A stretch of DNA of 64,000 nt from an uncultured Coriobacteriia bacterium (GCA_942493275.1 OW818687.1:1857918-1921917); one strand, 5' to 3'; shown: positions 49,567 to 59,337, counted from the first letter of the stretch. A program made the numbers and translations. Notes: a model not told the origin generated them from the letters alone.

Positions 49567-50376
49567 ATGACCCAGTTTGTCATCGACGTTCCCGCGCGCC
49601 TCAGCAGGTTTGCCCCCGTGGATGTCGCGCTTGTGCTCGGCTCCGGGCTCTCGGGGCTCGCGGACCGTATCGAGAACGCCGAATCCGTCCCCTATGCAGA
49701 GATCGAGGGCTTTCCGGACCCGCCGAGCGCCGTCGTCGGTCACGCGGGCAGGCTCGTGTTCGGTGAGCTGGGCGGCAAGCGCATCGTCTGCTTCCAGGGG
49801 CGCGTGCATCGCTACCAGGGCGCCACGGCGCTCGACGCCGCGTGGCCGGCGCGGCTCGCGGCGGCGCTCGGGGCGAGGGTGCTGGTCGTGACCAACGCCG
49901 CGGGCAGCGTGAACCCGGACCTGCGCGTCGGCGACCTCGTGCTCATGAGCGATCACGTCAACCTCACCGGCGACAACCCGCTCGTGGGCTGGCCGGGACC
50001 GCCGGGGGGCACGCCGTTCGTGCCCATGACCGATGCCTACGACGCCGAGCTGCGCCGCTTCGCGATCGAGGCGGCGCTCGCCGAGGACGTCGCACTGCAA
50101 CCGGAAGGCGTCTACTTCGGGCTTCTCGGCCCGTCGTACGAGACGCCTGCCGAGGTGCGGATGCTCAGGGGGCTCGGAGCCGACGTGGTGGGCATGTCGA
50201 CGGTGCACGAGGTGATCGCCGCGCGTGCGCTTGGGCTGCGGGTTCTCGGCATGTCGCTCGTGACCAACGCCGCAGCCGGAGAGAATCTGAGTCACGCGGA
50301 GGTGCTTGAAGCGGGAGAGCACGCCGCCGCCGATATGCAGCGTCTCGCGATTGCTATACTTTCGCGGTTGCCGTAA
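49567..50376 (+). CDS. Purine nucleoside phosphorylase family 2 (PunA/MTAP family)
   Basis: GAAGGAGG lies before the ATG at 49567. Contains [27 protein letters not shown] and GMSTV.EVI.AR. The substrate (inosine/guanosine versus MTA) cannot be decided from sequence. Confidence 0.85.
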   Translation: MTQFVIDVPARLSRFAPVDVALVLGSGLSGLADRIENAESVPYAEIEGFPDPPSAVVGHAGRLVFGELGGKRIVCFQGRVHRYQGATALDAAWPARLAAALGARVLVVTNAAGSVNPDLRVGDLVLMSDHVNLTGDNPLVGWPGPPGGTPFVPMTDAYDAELRRFAIEAALAEDVALQPEGVYFGLLGPSYETPAEVRMLRGLGADVVGMSTVHEVIAARALGLRVLGMSLVTNAAAGENLSHAEVLEAGEHAAADMQRLAIAILSRLP

Positions 50377-50416
50377 CCGCCGCAGTGCCTGCTGCGGCTT
50401 GAACCTAGGAGACACC

Positions 50417-51676
50417 ATGGAACATCACGTCAAGGACCTCTCGCTGGCTGACGCCGGCAAGGCGCGCATCGAGTGGGCCGACAAGGACATGCCCGTGCTC
50501 GCCAGCATTCGCGAGCGCTTTGAGGTCGAGAAGCCGCTCGACGGCATCCGCGTCGCGGCATGCCTGCACGTCACCACCGAGACCGCGAACCTCATGCGGA
50601 CCCTCAAGGCCGGCGGCGCCGATATCGTGCTGTGCGCGAGCAACCCGCTGTCGACCCAGGACGACGTCGCCGCTGCGCTCGTCGAGCACTACGGCATCCG
50701 CACCTACGCCATCAAGGGCGAGGACACCGAGACCTACTACGCGCACATCGACGCCGCGATCGCGCACAATCCGCAGATGACGATGGATGACGGCGCGGAC
50801 GTCGTCGGCCGTATCCACGCCGACTTCCCCGAGAAGCTCGAGTACATCATCGGCGGCACCGAGGAGACCACCACCGGCGTCATCCGACTCGTCGCCATGG
50901 CCGATGACGGCGCCCTGAAGTACCCGATCGTGGCCGTCAACGAGGCGATGACCAAGCACCTGTTCGACAACCGCTACGGCACCGGCCAGTCCACGCTCGA
51001 CGGCATCATCCGCGCCACCAACCGCCTGCTCGCCGGCCGCACGCTCGTCGTCTCCGGCTACGGCTGGTGCGGCAAGGGCATTGCGATGCGCGCCTCGGGC
51101 ATGGGCTCCAACGTCATCGTGTGCGAGGTCGACCCGCTCAAGGCGCTCGAGGCCGTCATGGACGGCTACCGCGTCATGCCGGCTGTCGAGGCTGCAGCGG
51201 TGTGTGACGTGTGGGTCACCGTCACCGGCGACATCAACGTCATCGACGTCGCGATGTTCGAGGCCATGAAGGACGGCGCGATCATCTGCAACTCCGGCCA
51301 CTTCAACGCCGAGATCAACATCCCCAAGCTGCGCGAGATGGCCGTGAGCCACCGCGAGGTCCGTCCGCTGGTCGAGGAGTTCGTCATGTCGAACGGCAAG
51401 GCGATCCACCTGCTCGCCGACGGTCGCCTCGTCAACCTCTCGTGCGCCGAGGGCCACCCGGCCAACGTCATGGACATGAGCTTCGCCAACCAAGCCCTGT
51501 GCGCCGAGTACATGGCGCAGAACGCCGCCGAGCTCGAGCCCGGCGTCTACGACGTGCCCGAGGAGATCGACCAGATGATCGCGGCGGTCAAGCTCGCGAG
51601 CATGGGTGTCGAGATCGACGTGCTCACCGCCGAGCAGGAGAAGTACCTCTGCTCGTGGGAAGAGGGCACCTGCTAG
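50417..51676 (+). CDS. ahcY: Adenosylhomocysteinase
   Basis: Contains VKDLSLA..G...I.WA...[13 protein letters not shown], the NAD motif SGYGWCGKG, and GHFN.EI. Confidence 0.97.
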   Translation: MEHHVKDLSLADAGKARIEWADKDMPVLASIRERFEVEKPLDGIRVAACLHVTTETANLMRTLKAGGADIVLCASNPLSTQDDVAAALVEHYGIRTYAIKGEDTETYYAHIDAAIAHNPQMTMDDGADVVGRIHADFPEKLEYIIGGTEETTTGVIRLVAMADDGALKYPIVAVNEAMTKHLFDNRYGTGQSTLDGIIRATNRLLAGRTLVVSGYGWCGKGIAMRASGMGSNVIVCEVDPLKALEAVMDGYRVMPAVEAAAVCDVWVTVTGDINVIDVAMFEAMKDGAIICNSGHFNAEINIPKLREMAVSHREVRPLVEEFVMSNGKAIHLLADGRLVNLSCAEGHPANVMDMSFANQALCAEYMAQNAAELEPGVYDVPEEIDQMIAAVKLASMGVEIDVLTAEQEKYLCSWEEGTC

Positions 51677-51710
51677 TTCCCGACTGACAACACCCTCGCC
51701 GGAGGCACAC

Positions 51711-53006
51711 ATGGCTATCTCGGACATCCCGCGCACAATCTGGTGGGACGAAGGCAAGGTCTACCTGATCGACCAGACGCGTCTGCCCCTCCAAGGCGAC
51801 GTGCTCGTCTGCAACACCTACGACGGTGTCTGTCTGGCGATCAAGACCCTCGCCGTCCGAGGTGCCCCGGCGCTGGGTGTCGCCGCAGCTCTCGCGGTCG
51901 CCTTGTGGAGCGAGACCGAAGGCGCTGAGATCGAGACGACCAGCGACTACCTCGACCGCCTCGATGAGGTCGCCGATGAGATCATGTCGGCGCGTCCCAC
52001 CGCGGTGAACCTGATGTGGGGCGCCGAGCGCATCCGACAGGTCGCACACGCGAACGAGTTCCTCCCCGTGGCCGAGCTGCACGACATCGTCGTCCAGGAG
52101 GCCCTCAACATGATGGCCGAGGACGAGGAGCGCAACCGCAGGATCGGGGCGCACGGCGCCGAGCTCCTCTCGGAAGGTTCGAAGGTGCTTACGCACTGCA
52201 ACGCCGGCTCGCTTGCGACGGCGTTCTTCGGCACCGCGCTGGGCGTCATCTTCACCGCCTTCGAGCAGGGCAAGATCGAGCACGTCTGGGTTGACGAGAC
52301 GCGTCCCGTGAACCAGGGCGGGCGCCTCACCGCGTGGGAACTGCGCGTGGCCGGGGTCCCCTCCGCGCTCATCGCCGACAACATGGCCGCCTCGGTCATG
52401 CACAACGGCTGGGTCGACGCCGTCATCGTGGGCGCGGACCGCATCGCGGCCAATGGCGACACCGCCAACAAGATCGGAACCTACGGGCTTGCGGTGCTGT
52501 GCAAGGAGCACAACATCCCGTTCTACGTCGCGGCCCCTACGTCCACTGTCGACCTTACGCTCAGCAGCGGTGAGCAGATCCCTATCGAGGAGCGCGACCC
52601 CCGCGAGCTGGAGGGCGTGACCGTCTCGGGCACGTTCGAGCCCGACTCGCCGGCGGCGGCCCGCGCATTCGATGCCCTGACCGAGAACGGCTCCTATGAG
52701 GTGCCGATCCAGAAGGGCCACGCGATGACGATCACCCGCAAGGGCGGCGCATACAGCTTCGACGCGTGGTTCCGCATGGTTCCTCCCGGCATCGACGTCT
52801 ACAACCCCGCCTTCGACGTCACTCCCGCCGAGTACATCACGGCATTCATCACCGAGAACGGCGTCGTCCGCCCCGAGCCCGACTTCGAGACCGCTCTCGC
52901 GATCATGTGCATGGGTTCCGGCGGTCTGCACGAGCTTGGCATCGAGAACTTCGCGGGCTCCGCGGAAGGCGAGCTCGGCCCGGGACGCCGCGAGGACATC
53001 GGCTAG
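51711..53006 (+). CDS. mtnA: S-methyl-5-thioribose-1-phosphate isomerase (eIF-2B alpha/beta/delta-like family)
   Basis: Contains AVRGAPALG, THCNAGSLAT, VDETRP..QG, GADRIAANGDTANKIGTY and NPAFDVTP. It is longer than the family members I recall (see findings). Confidence 0.88.
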   Translation: MAISDIPRTIWWDEGKVYLIDQTRLPLQGDVLVCNTYDGVCLAIKTLAVRGAPALGVAAALAVALWSETEGAEIETTSDYLDRLDEVADEIMSARPTAVNLMWGAERIRQVAHANEFLPVAELHDIVVQEALNMMAEDEERNRRIGAHGAELLSEGSKVLTHCNAGSLATAFFGTALGVIFTAFEQGKIEHVWVDETRPVNQGGRLTAWELRVAGVPSALIADNMAASVMHNGWVDAVIVGADRIAANGDTANKIGTYGLAVLCKEHNIPFYVAAPTSTVDLTLSSGEQIPIEERDPRELEGVTVSGTFEPDSPAAARAFDALTENGSYEVPIQKGHAMTITRKGGAYSFDAWFRMVPPGIDVYNPAFDVTPAEYITAFITENGVVRPEPDFETALAIMCMGSGGLHELGIENFAGSAEGELGPGRREDIG

Positions 53007-53012
53007 CCGCGC

Positions 53013-53930
53013 ATGTCGTTTCTGGCGCTCGCGCAGACGATCCTGACCTTCACGGCGATCGTCGCCGTGGGCGCTCTCCTGCGCGCGAGCGGTCGCGTCA
53101 CCGCTGAGGACGGCCGCGCGCTGCACAACGTCATCATCTACGTGGGCCTGCCCGCCTTCGTCTTCAAAGCGGTCCGCGGCGCGGTGATAACCCGAGAGCT
53201 GATCGCGATGGTGGGCGTCGCGTGGGTCGTCTACGCCGTCATGCTGCTCCTCGCATGGCTCGCCGCGCGCGCCCTCAAGCTGCCGCCCGCAATCGCAGGC
53301 GGTTTCGTCATCGCATCCGTGTGGGGTAACACCGGGTTCATCGGCTATCCCATCACCGAGGCGCTCTTCGGCGCTGACGCCGTACCGCCGGTCGTCTTCT
53401 CCGACGTCTTCGGGACCGTCTTCTCGATCGTGCTCGTAGGGCTTCTGGTGGCCGAGAAGTACGGGTCCATGAAGGAGGGCGTGAAGCTCAACCTGCTGCG
53501 GGAGCTGCTCTCCTTCCCCGCGGTGATCGCGCTGTTTGTGGGACTCGCGCTGCGCCCCTTCGCGATTCCGGAACTGGTAAGCAACGGGATAGACCTTCTT
53601 GCGAGCATGCTCGCGCCGCTCATCATGCTGTCTGTTGGTATCGCGCTCCGGCCGGGGTCGCTCGTCGAGCACATCCGGTCGCTCGGCGCGCTGTGCGGGC
53701 TGCGGCTCCTGGTCGCGCCCGCACTGGCCGTCATCGTTGGGGGATTGGTGCTGTCCCCGGGGGTCCTGCTGCGCTCGGCGGTGCTCGAGGCGAGCATGCC
53801 CGCGATGATGCTGACCCTGGTGATTGGCGCCCGGTTCGATCTGGACACCGACTTCATCGCTTCGGCGATCTTCCTGAGCACGGCCCTGTCGGCGATCACC
53901 ATTCCGCTGGTACAGCTGCTCGCGTTCTGA
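53013..53930 (+). CDS. AEC (auxin efflux carrier) family transporter
   Basis: 305 aa with about 10 TM helices. Two-repeat membrane-transport architecture with GNTGF.G.P. Confidence 0.8.
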   Translation: MSFLALAQTILTFTAIVAVGALLRASGRVTAEDGRALHNVIIYVGLPAFVFKAVRGAVITRELIAMVGVAWVVYAVMLLLAWLAARALKLPPAIAGGFVIASVWGNTGFIGYPITEALFGADAVPPVVFSDVFGTVFSIVLVGLLVAEKYGSMKEGVKLNLLRELLSFPAVIALFVGLALRPFAIPELVSNGIDLLASMLAPLIMLSVGIALRPGSLVEHIRSLGALCGLRLLVAPALAVIVGGLVLSPGVLLRSAVLEASMPAMMLTLVIGARFDLDTDFIASAIFLSTALSAITIPLVQLLAF

Positions 53931-53954
53931 GAGGTCGCCCGATTAGGGGGCCTC

Positions 53955-54626
53955 GTGCGGCTGCTGGAGGGGCTCGCCGAGCTGGTCGCGCCCACGCGGT
54001 GCGCGGGCTGCGAGCTGCCCGGTTCACTGCTGTGCCCCGGCTGCCTCGACGCGGTGCCCTACCTGCGGCCGGGTGACGCCTGTGCGCGGTGCGCGGCTCC
54101 CTTCGGGGCGCTCGTGTGCACCGAGTGCTGGAACCGGGAGTTCGCCTTCTCCGAGGCGATCGCCGTGGGCCCGTTCGAAGGGCCGCTCGCGCGGGCGGTG
54201 GCTCTCCACAAGGATGCTGGCGAACGGCGCCTGGGCGGGCTTCTCGGAGGGATGTTGGCGCGGCAGGTGCGGCCGTGGAATGGATGGCCGGATGCGGTCA
54301 CGTGGATTCCGCCGACGCGCGCCGCGATGCGGCGCCGTGGGTTCGATCACGCGTTCGCGTTCGCGCAGCCGGTCGCCGAGGCGCTCGGCGTGGAGGCGAT
54401 ACCGCTGCTCACCCGTGGTGCGGCCCGCGATCAGCGCGCGCTCGGGAGAGGGGAGCGGGCGCGAAACGTGCGTGGTTCTGTGAGCGCTGACGGGCAGGCG
54501 CCGTCGCGCGTTGTGCTGGTAGACGACGTGATGACCACGGGCGCTACGCTCGACGAGGCGGCGAATCAGCTGTTGTCTGCTGGCGCGTTTGAAGTCCGCG
54601 TGGCGGTGGTCGCACGAACCTGGTGA
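53955..54626 (+). CDS. comFC: ComF family protein (ComFC-type phosphoribosyltransferase-fold)
   Basis: N-terminal double CxxC zinc finger (CAGC...CPGC, CARC...CTEC) and a PRTase loop VVLVDDVMTTGATL. Confidence 0.88.
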   Translation: MRLLEGLAELVAPTRCAGCELPGSLLCPGCLDAVPYLRPGDACARCAAPFGALVCTECWNREFAFSEAIAVGPFEGPLARAVALHKDAGERRLGGLLGGMLARQVRPWNGWPDAVTWIPPTRAAMRRRGFDHAFAFAQPVAEALGVEAIPLLTRGAARDQRALGRGERARNVRGSVSADGQAPSRVVLVDDVMTTGATLDEAANQLLSAGAFEVRVAVVARTW

Positions 54627-54647
54627 GGTCCGCGGCGGCACGCGCTC

Positions 54648-54656
54648 TGCTAGAAT
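54648..54656 (+). promoter_or_regulatory. Extended -10 promoter candidate TGCTAGAAT
   Basis: TGn + TAGAAT, 22 nt after the comFC stop, at the 5' edge of a 312-nt non-coding gap. Confidence 0.5.
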
Positions 54657-54658
54657 CA

Positions 54659-54935
54659 GCGTCGCTTCCGTCCGGGTCTGTGGTTGCGGGTGCGCAAGCA
54701 CCTCAGTCCAAGGTAGACGCGGCCGAAAGGACCCACGTAAGCCGGCGGTTCGCCGTCGCGCGAGCATGGCGCGTCTTAGGGGTAAGTCGTACCGTCCGAT
54801 AGGATCCGCATCCCGCGGTCCCGGGCGAGAGGGCCGGTAGTGAGATCACATCAAGCGGAAGCTCCAGTATGCGAGTGTGGGGCCAAAGACCAGGTCAGCC
54901 GGGCGGAAGCACCCTGCGGTTTCTCGGGAGGACGC
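54659..54935 (+). promoter_or_regulatory. Candidate structured 5' leader / unclassified cis-regulatory RNA upstream of the first amino-acid binding protein gene
   Basis: No credible CDS in 54627..54938. A long-range helix pairs 54659-54670 (GCGUC-G-CUUCCG) with 54925-54935 (CGGGAG-GACGC) and covers the SD GGGAGGA. A local GNRA hairpin GGUGC-GCAA-GCACC lies at 54689-54702. Confidence 0.4.
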
Positions 54936-54938
54936 CAG

Positions 54939-55787
54939 ATGGCACGCATCATCAGAATCGCCCTAGCCATCGCCCTGTGTGTAGGGGCGCTTTCGGTCAC
55001 CGCGTGCGGCGCTGAGGCGCCCCGCGTGCGCAAACCCAAGATCGCTCCGCCCGCCATCAAGTCCGAGGGCATTCTCGTGGCGGGAGTCGACATGGAGACG
55101 CCGCCGTTTGCCGGCAAGGACGCCGACAAGCTCGCGGGCATCGACGTCGATGTCGCTGCCGCGCTCGCTGATTCCTTGGGCCTGACAGTGGAGTACGTCG
55201 ACGTGAAGCCGAGCGAGGCTGCAACGGCGCTCGCGGAGGGCACCGTGGACGTAGTCTTCTCGATACCGTTCTCCAGCGCCGATCTCGCGAAGATCTCGCC
55301 TGCGGGCACCTATCTCACCGATGGTCCGGCTCTGTTCATCGCGGTCGAAGGAACCGGTTCTGTCGAGCCGACTATGAGCCTCGACGGGCCCATGCCGGAG
55401 AAGGTCGGCGTGCAGACGGAGTCGCAGGCGTTCTGGCTGCTGCGCTCCGAGTTCGGGGAGGAGATCTTGGAGCCCTACGACCAGCTGAGGGACGCTATCG
55501 ACGCCGTTGCCGAGGGCAAGGTTCCAGCGGTCGCAGGTGACGCCCTCGTCGGCGCCTACATCGCGAGGGACTACCCCGGAGTGGTCTACGCCGGCCAGCT
55601 CGGTCCCGCCGAGCCGCTGGCTGTAGCGGTCGCTCCCGAGAACGTCGCGCTCTCCGACGCGGTGCGCGAGTCACTCGACTCGATGGTCGCGGGCGGCGTC
55701 ATCGACGCAATCCGGCGCAAGTGGGTCGGGGACTTCCCAATGCTCGACGTTCCGGAGTCAGACGAAGAGACGGCAGCGGCCGAGTAG
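54939..55787 (+). CDS. ABC transporter substrate-binding lipoprotein, family 3 (polar amino acids)
   Basis: Start MARIIRIALAIALCVGALSVTAC (lipobox). SBP_bac_3-type blocks L.VG.D...PPF......K..G.DVD.A.A.A..LG. Confidence 0.85.
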   Translation: MARIIRIALAIALCVGALSVTACGAEAPRVRKPKIAPPAIKSEGILVAGVDMETPPFAGKDADKLAGIDVDVAAALADSLGLTVEYVDVKPSEAATALAEGTVDVVFSIPFSSADLAKISPAGTYLTDGPALFIAVEGTGSVEPTMSLDGPMPEKVGVQTESQAFWLLRSEFGEEILEPYDQLRDAIDAVAEGKVPAVAGDALVGAYIARDYPGVVYAGQLGPAEPLAVAVAPENVALSDAVRESLDSMVAGGVIDAIRRKWVGDFPMLDVPESDEETAAAE

Positions 55788-55816
55788 CTCGGTTCACCGC
55801 GACTCGCACTCCCAAC

Positions 55817-55868
55817 TGTATGCACCGGCGCCCGCGATTCGCATGAATCACGGGCGCTATTGCATACA
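55817..55868 (+). terminator. Long imperfect hairpin (about 21 bp paired) after the first binding-protein gene; U-tract-less terminator candidate
   Basis: TGTATGCA...GCGCCCGCGATTC-GCAT-GAATCACGGGCGC...TGCATACA, 30 nt after the stop at 55787. No T-tract follows. Confidence 0.45.
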
Positions 55869-56006
55869 AGTGGTCACGCTCTGTATACGCCGCGGAATCC
55901 TTCCTGAGTTGCACTTTCGGTGTATGATTATGCATCGTGTTAGGTATGTGACGGGCCGCATCCGACCGGAAGGTTGTTGCGGCGCAACATTGTTAAGGAG
56001 GGGACG

Positions 56007-56849
56007 ATGCTGAAGGCTCGCAAGCTTATTTCTCTGCTGCTCGCACTCGCGCTCGTGTTCGCCATGGGTGCGCTCGCGGGTTGCGGTGGCGCCGAGGAGC
56101 CCGCTGAGGAGCCGGCTGCCGAGGAGCCGGCTGCCGCCGAGTTCACCACGATCACCGAGGGCAAGATCATTGTCGGTTCCGATACGGCCTATCCGCCGTT
56201 CGAGAACGTCGTCAACGGTGTGACCGAGGGCTTCGACGTCGACATGGTTACGGCCATCGGCGAGAAGCTCGGCTACGAGGTCGAGTTCAAGACCTACAAG
56301 TTCGACGCGCTCATCGCCGGCATGCAGGCCGGTACCGAGTTCGACATGATCGCCTCGGCGATGACGATCACGGACGAGCGTAAGGAAGCCATCGACTTCT
56401 CCGATCCTTACATCAACTCGAACCAGTCGCTGGCCGTTGCCGCCGACTCCGCGATCGCCACGGTCGACGACCTCAAGTCGGGCGACAAGGTCGGCGTGCA
56501 GTCGGGTACCACCGGTGAGAAGTGGGCCCAGGACAACCTGGCTCCCAAGGGCGTCGTCGTGACCCCGTACGATGACATCCTCACCGCTTTCAACGCTCTT
56601 TCGTCGGGCGACATCGTGGGCGTCATCAACGACGCGCCGATCTCGCAGGATGTCGTCAAGGACCCGGCCCGTAAGGCCAAGGTCGTTTCCGAGATCCCGA
56701 CCGGCGAGCAGTACGGCTTCGCGTTCAACAAGGACAACGCCGCGCTTCGCGACGCTGTCAACGGCGCTCTGGCCGAGCTCAAGGCCGACGGCACCTACGT
56801 CGAGATCTACACCAAGTGGTTCGGCGCTGAGCCGCTGTCCATTCCCTAA
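56007..56849 (+). CDS. ABC transporter substrate-binding lipoprotein, family 3 (polar amino acids), second copy
   Basis: AAGGAGGGG lies before the ATG at 56007. Lipobox LAGC. Contains VGSDTAYPPFE, GFDVD and DMI.SAMTIT.ER. Confidence 0.9.
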   Translation: MLKARKLISLLLALALVFAMGALAGCGGAEEPAEEPAAEEPAAAEFTTITEGKIIVGSDTAYPPFENVVNGVTEGFDVDMVTAIGEKLGYEVEFKTYKFDALIAGMQAGTEFDMIASAMTITDERKEAIDFSDPYINSNQSLAVAADSAIATVDDLKSGDKVGVQSGTTGEKWAQDNLAPKGVVVTPYDDILTAFNALSSGDIVGVINDAPISQDVVKDPARKAKVVSEIPTGEQYGFAFNKDNAALRDAVNGALAELKADGTYVEIYTKWFGAEPLSIP

Positions 56850-56930
56850 GGGGTAAGGACGCTCCTGTTTTGCTAGAGTGAGGCCGGCGACTACGGTCGC
56901 CGGCCTCTTCTTCGCCCAGAATGGTCGTCA

Positions 56931-57827
56931 TTGCGAGGGGTACACGGCGTGGACGCTCTCATCGACTCTTTCCAGACAATCAAGGAACTCTTCTTCAACG
57001 CTGAGAAGATGGCCGATGCGTTTCCGGTGATTCTCGCGGCCTTCCCGGTCTCGGTCTTCATCGGGGTCGGCGCGTTCTTCCTTGCCATTCCCGGCGGCCT
57101 GTTGCTCGCGTTCATGAAGATGGCGAAGTCCCGGCTGGTTCGATGGCCGGCGACCTTCTACGTCGACGTCGTTCGCGGAACTCCGCTCTTCCTGCAGATT
57201 CTCATCGTCTACTTTGGCCTGACACTACTGCCGTTCTACCAGACGCTGATCAAAGAAGTGCCGTGGGTGAAGGAGCCGTTCCTGTTCGGGATCGACTTCA
57301 CCGTGTACATGCGCGCGTTCTTCGTGCTTTCGTTCAACTCGGCGGCCTACATGGCCGAGATCTTCCGCGCCGGTATCCAGTCGATCCCGAAGGGGCAGAT
57401 GGAAGCTGCGCGTTCGCTGGGCATGTCGACGCCGGCGGCGATGGCGTACGTCATCATCCCTCAGACGGTGCGGCGCATCCTGCCGACGCTCATGTCGGAG
57501 TTCATTCTGCTGTTCAAGGACACGGCGCTCCTGGCCGCGGTCGGCGTCGCCGAGATGACGCTTCGCTCGCGCGAGTTCGTTGCCAGTACGTTCAACCAGT
57601 CGGCATACATGGTCGCCGCCGGCTTCTACCTCCTGTTGACTATCCCGCTCGGCCGTTTGGTCGGGCGTCTCGAAGACAAGCTCGCAGAGTCTGAGGGTGG
57701 GGGCGGCGGCAAGCGTCCGCCCACGATCGACGCCACGGCGATCGACTCCGAGCACGTGATCGCGCACAGCGAGTCGATCCTTCACACCGCGTCGCGACCG
57801 AACCCGCATACGGGAGGCCACCGATGA
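56931..57827 (+). CDS. Amino-acid ABC transporter permease (His/Glu/Gln/Arg/opine family)
   Basis: Contains [10 protein letters not shown] and the EAA loop [10 protein letters not shown]...A...VI.PQ. The start is uncertain (TTG 56931 or GTG 56949). The C-terminal ~50 aa are non-conserved and Gly-rich. Confidence 0.88.
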   Translation: MRGVHGVDALIDSFQTIKELFFNAEKMADAFPVILAAFPVSVFIGVGAFFLAIPGGLLLAFMKMAKSRLVRWPATFYVDVVRGTPLFLQILIVYFGLTLLPFYQTLIKEVPWVKEPFLFGIDFTVYMRAFFVLSFNSAAYMAEIFRAGIQSIPKGQMEAARSLGMSTPAAMAYVIIPQTVRRILPTLMSEFILLFKDTALLAAVGVAEMTLRSREFVASTFNQSAYMVAAGFYLLLTIPLGRLVGRLEDKLAESEGGGGGKRPPTIDATAIDSEHVIAHSESILHTASRPNPHTGGHR

Positions 57828-58564
57828 GCAGCGTTCAGCCCATCGTCCGGATCAAGGGCCTCATGAAGGCCTTCGGTGAGCTCGAAGTCCTCAAAGGCGT
57901 CGATCTCGAAGTCAACAAGGGCGAGGTTGTTGTCATCCTCGGTCCCTCGGGTTCGGGCAAGTCGACACTGCTGCGCTGTGTCAACCGCCTCGAGGACTCA
58001 ACCGGCGGGGAGATCTGGTTCGAGGACACGGAAGTCACGTCGAAGAAGACCGACATCAACAAGGTGCGAGAGCGCATCGGTATGGTCTTCCAGTCCTTCA
58101 ACCTGTTCCCGCACCTCACCGCCAAGGGCAACGTCATGCTCGCGCAGCGCAAGGTCCTCAAGCGCAACAAGGCCGAGGCCGAGAAGATCGCGGCCGAGCA
58201 GCTCGAGCGAGTGGGCCTCTCGGACAAGATCGACTACTTCCCGGCACAGCTGTCCGGCGGGCAGCAGCAGCGCGTCGCCATCGCTCGCGCGCTTGCGATG
58301 AACCCGCACGTGATGCTCTTCGACGAGGCTACCTCGGCTCTTGACCCGGAGCTGGTGCGCGGAGTGCTCGACGTCATGAAGTCGCTGGCCAAGGCCGGTA
58401 TGACGATGATGGTCGTGACGCACGAGATGGGTTTCGCTCGCGACGTCGCGGACAGAGTGGTGTTCATGGACGATGGCGTCATTGTGGAGCAGGGGACCCC
58501 GCAAGAGGTCTTCGACAATCCCCAGAATGAGCGCACGAAGGATTTCCTGGGCCACATCTCCTGA
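57824..58564 (+). CDS. Amino-acid ABC transporter ATP-binding protein (GlnQ-like)
   Basis: Walker [10 protein letters not shown], signature [15 protein letters not shown], Walker [16 protein letters not shown] overlap with the permease gene. Confidence 0.96.
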   Translation: MSSVQPIVRIKGLMKAFGELEVLKGVDLEVNKGEVVVILGPSGSGKSTLLRCVNRLEDSTGGEIWFEDTEVTSKKTDINKVRERIGMVFQSFNLFPHLTAKGNVMLAQRKVLKRNKAEAEKIAAEQLERVGLSDKIDYFPAQLSGGQQQRVAIARALAMNPHVMLFDEATSALDPELVRGVLDVMKSLAKAGMTMMVVTHEMGFARDVADRVVFMDDGVIVEQGTPQEVFDNPQNERTKDFLGHIS

Positions 58565-58696
58565 TCGCGCGCCGCTCTCATTCGAGCTCATCCGGGTTGT
58601 GCGGTAATCTCCGCATTCTGCGTCCGAGTGGGCGACCCGCGCGCGCGGTCTAAGGGTATCTTCTAGGTACGGAACATTCTCAAAGGAGGCTCCGCG

Positions 58697-59257
58697 ATGC
58701 AAATCAGGGTCACTGGACGTCACATGGACGTCACCGATGCGATCCGCGTGTACGCCGAGGAGAAGATCTCCAAGGCCAGCAAGATTCACGACCGCGATGA
58801 GATGCAAGTCGAGGTCACACTGCACGTAGAGAAGAACCCCGCAGTCAAGAACAAGGACGTCGCCGAGGTAACGGCGCGCATGAAGGGCATCGTCGTCCGC
58901 GCCGAGGAGTCGGCACCGGACATGTACGCGGCCATCGATCTGGTTTCCGAGAAGCTCGAGCGCCAGATGCGCAAGTTCAAGGCGAAGCTGCTCGACCGCC
59001 GCAGCGGCAAGGTGGTCGTGAAGACCGCGCCCGGCGACCAGGAGCTGGCGGTCGTGCTCCCCGAGGACGAGATGTCGGGCTCGATCGTGAGGACCAAGAC
59101 GGTCGAGACCAAGCCGATGACCGAGGACGAGGCGATTCTCCAGATGGAGTTGCTCGGCCACGATTTCTTCGTGTTCCGGCACGCCGAGACCGCCGACATC
59201 AATGTGCTGTACAGGCGCAACGACGGCGACCTGGGGCTCATCCAGCCGGAGGGATAG
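58697..59257 (+). CDS. hpf: Ribosome hibernation promoting factor, long form (S30AE / sigma-54 modulation protein family)
   Basis: Contains MQIRVTGRHMDVTDAIR.YAEEK and the long-HPF C-terminal dimerisation part K.MT.DEA..QMELLGHDFFVF. Confidence 0.93.
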   Translation: MQIRVTGRHMDVTDAIRVYAEEKISKASKIHDRDEMQVEVTLHVEKNPAVKNKDVAEVTARMKGIVVRAEESAPDMYAAIDLVSEKLERQMRKFKAKLLDRRSGKVVVKTAPGDQELAVVLPEDEMSGSIVRTKTVETKPMTEDEAILQMELLGHDFFVFRHAETADINVLYRRNDGDLGLIQPEG

Positions 59258-59279
59258 GCGCTAGTGAGTTCGGGATTCG

Positions 59280-59308
59280 AGCGGGGGTACCCATTGGGTG
59301 CCCCCGCT
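59280..59308 (+). terminator. Stem-loop after hpf
   Basis: 13-bp stem AGCGGGGGTACCC / GGGTGCCCCCGCT (one G-U pair), 23 nt after the stop. No clear U-tract. Confidence 0.5.
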
Positions 59309-59337
59309 TCGCGTATCCATGGCACGGCGTGACGCGG

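Noticed and set aside
50377-50416. Looked for an SAH riboswitch upstream of ahcY and SAM-type elements near mtnA
   Set aside because: The gap before ahcY is only 40 nt and contains a simple 7-bp hairpin (GCCGCAG/CTGCGGC). The gap before mtnA is 34 nt. Neither has room for or motifs of these riboswitches.
51624-53672. 682-aa minus-strand ORF
   Set aside because: It is antisense to mtnA and the AEC transporter, for the same reason as above.
54889-54914. SRP-RNA-like string ACCAGGUCAGCCGGGCGGAAGCACCC, resembling the helix-8 motif ACCAGGUCAGGUCCGGAAGGAAGCAGCC
   Set aside because: The apical stem would be only 2 bp, capped by GGGC instead of a GNRA loop. The flanking strands cannot form helix 5. 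The motif lies at the 3' end of the putative RNA and runs into the SD and start codon. It was probably a chance resemblance, so it is not called as ffs.
54700-54935. Partial resemblances to the c-di-AMP (ydaO: GGUAG..CCGAA..CGUAAGC) and guanidine-I (ykkC: GGUCC..GAGAG, CGGGAG) riboswitches
   Set aside because: Only short fragments match, in the wrong spacing and order relative to the consensus I recall. A class cannot be assigned without a covariance-model search.
57650-57827. Non-conserved Gly-rich C-terminal tail (…[24 protein letters not shown]…) on the ABC permease, overlapping the ATPase start
   Set aside because: It is most simply a lineage-specific cytoplasmic tail. I saw no sign of a frameshift or a fused domain.
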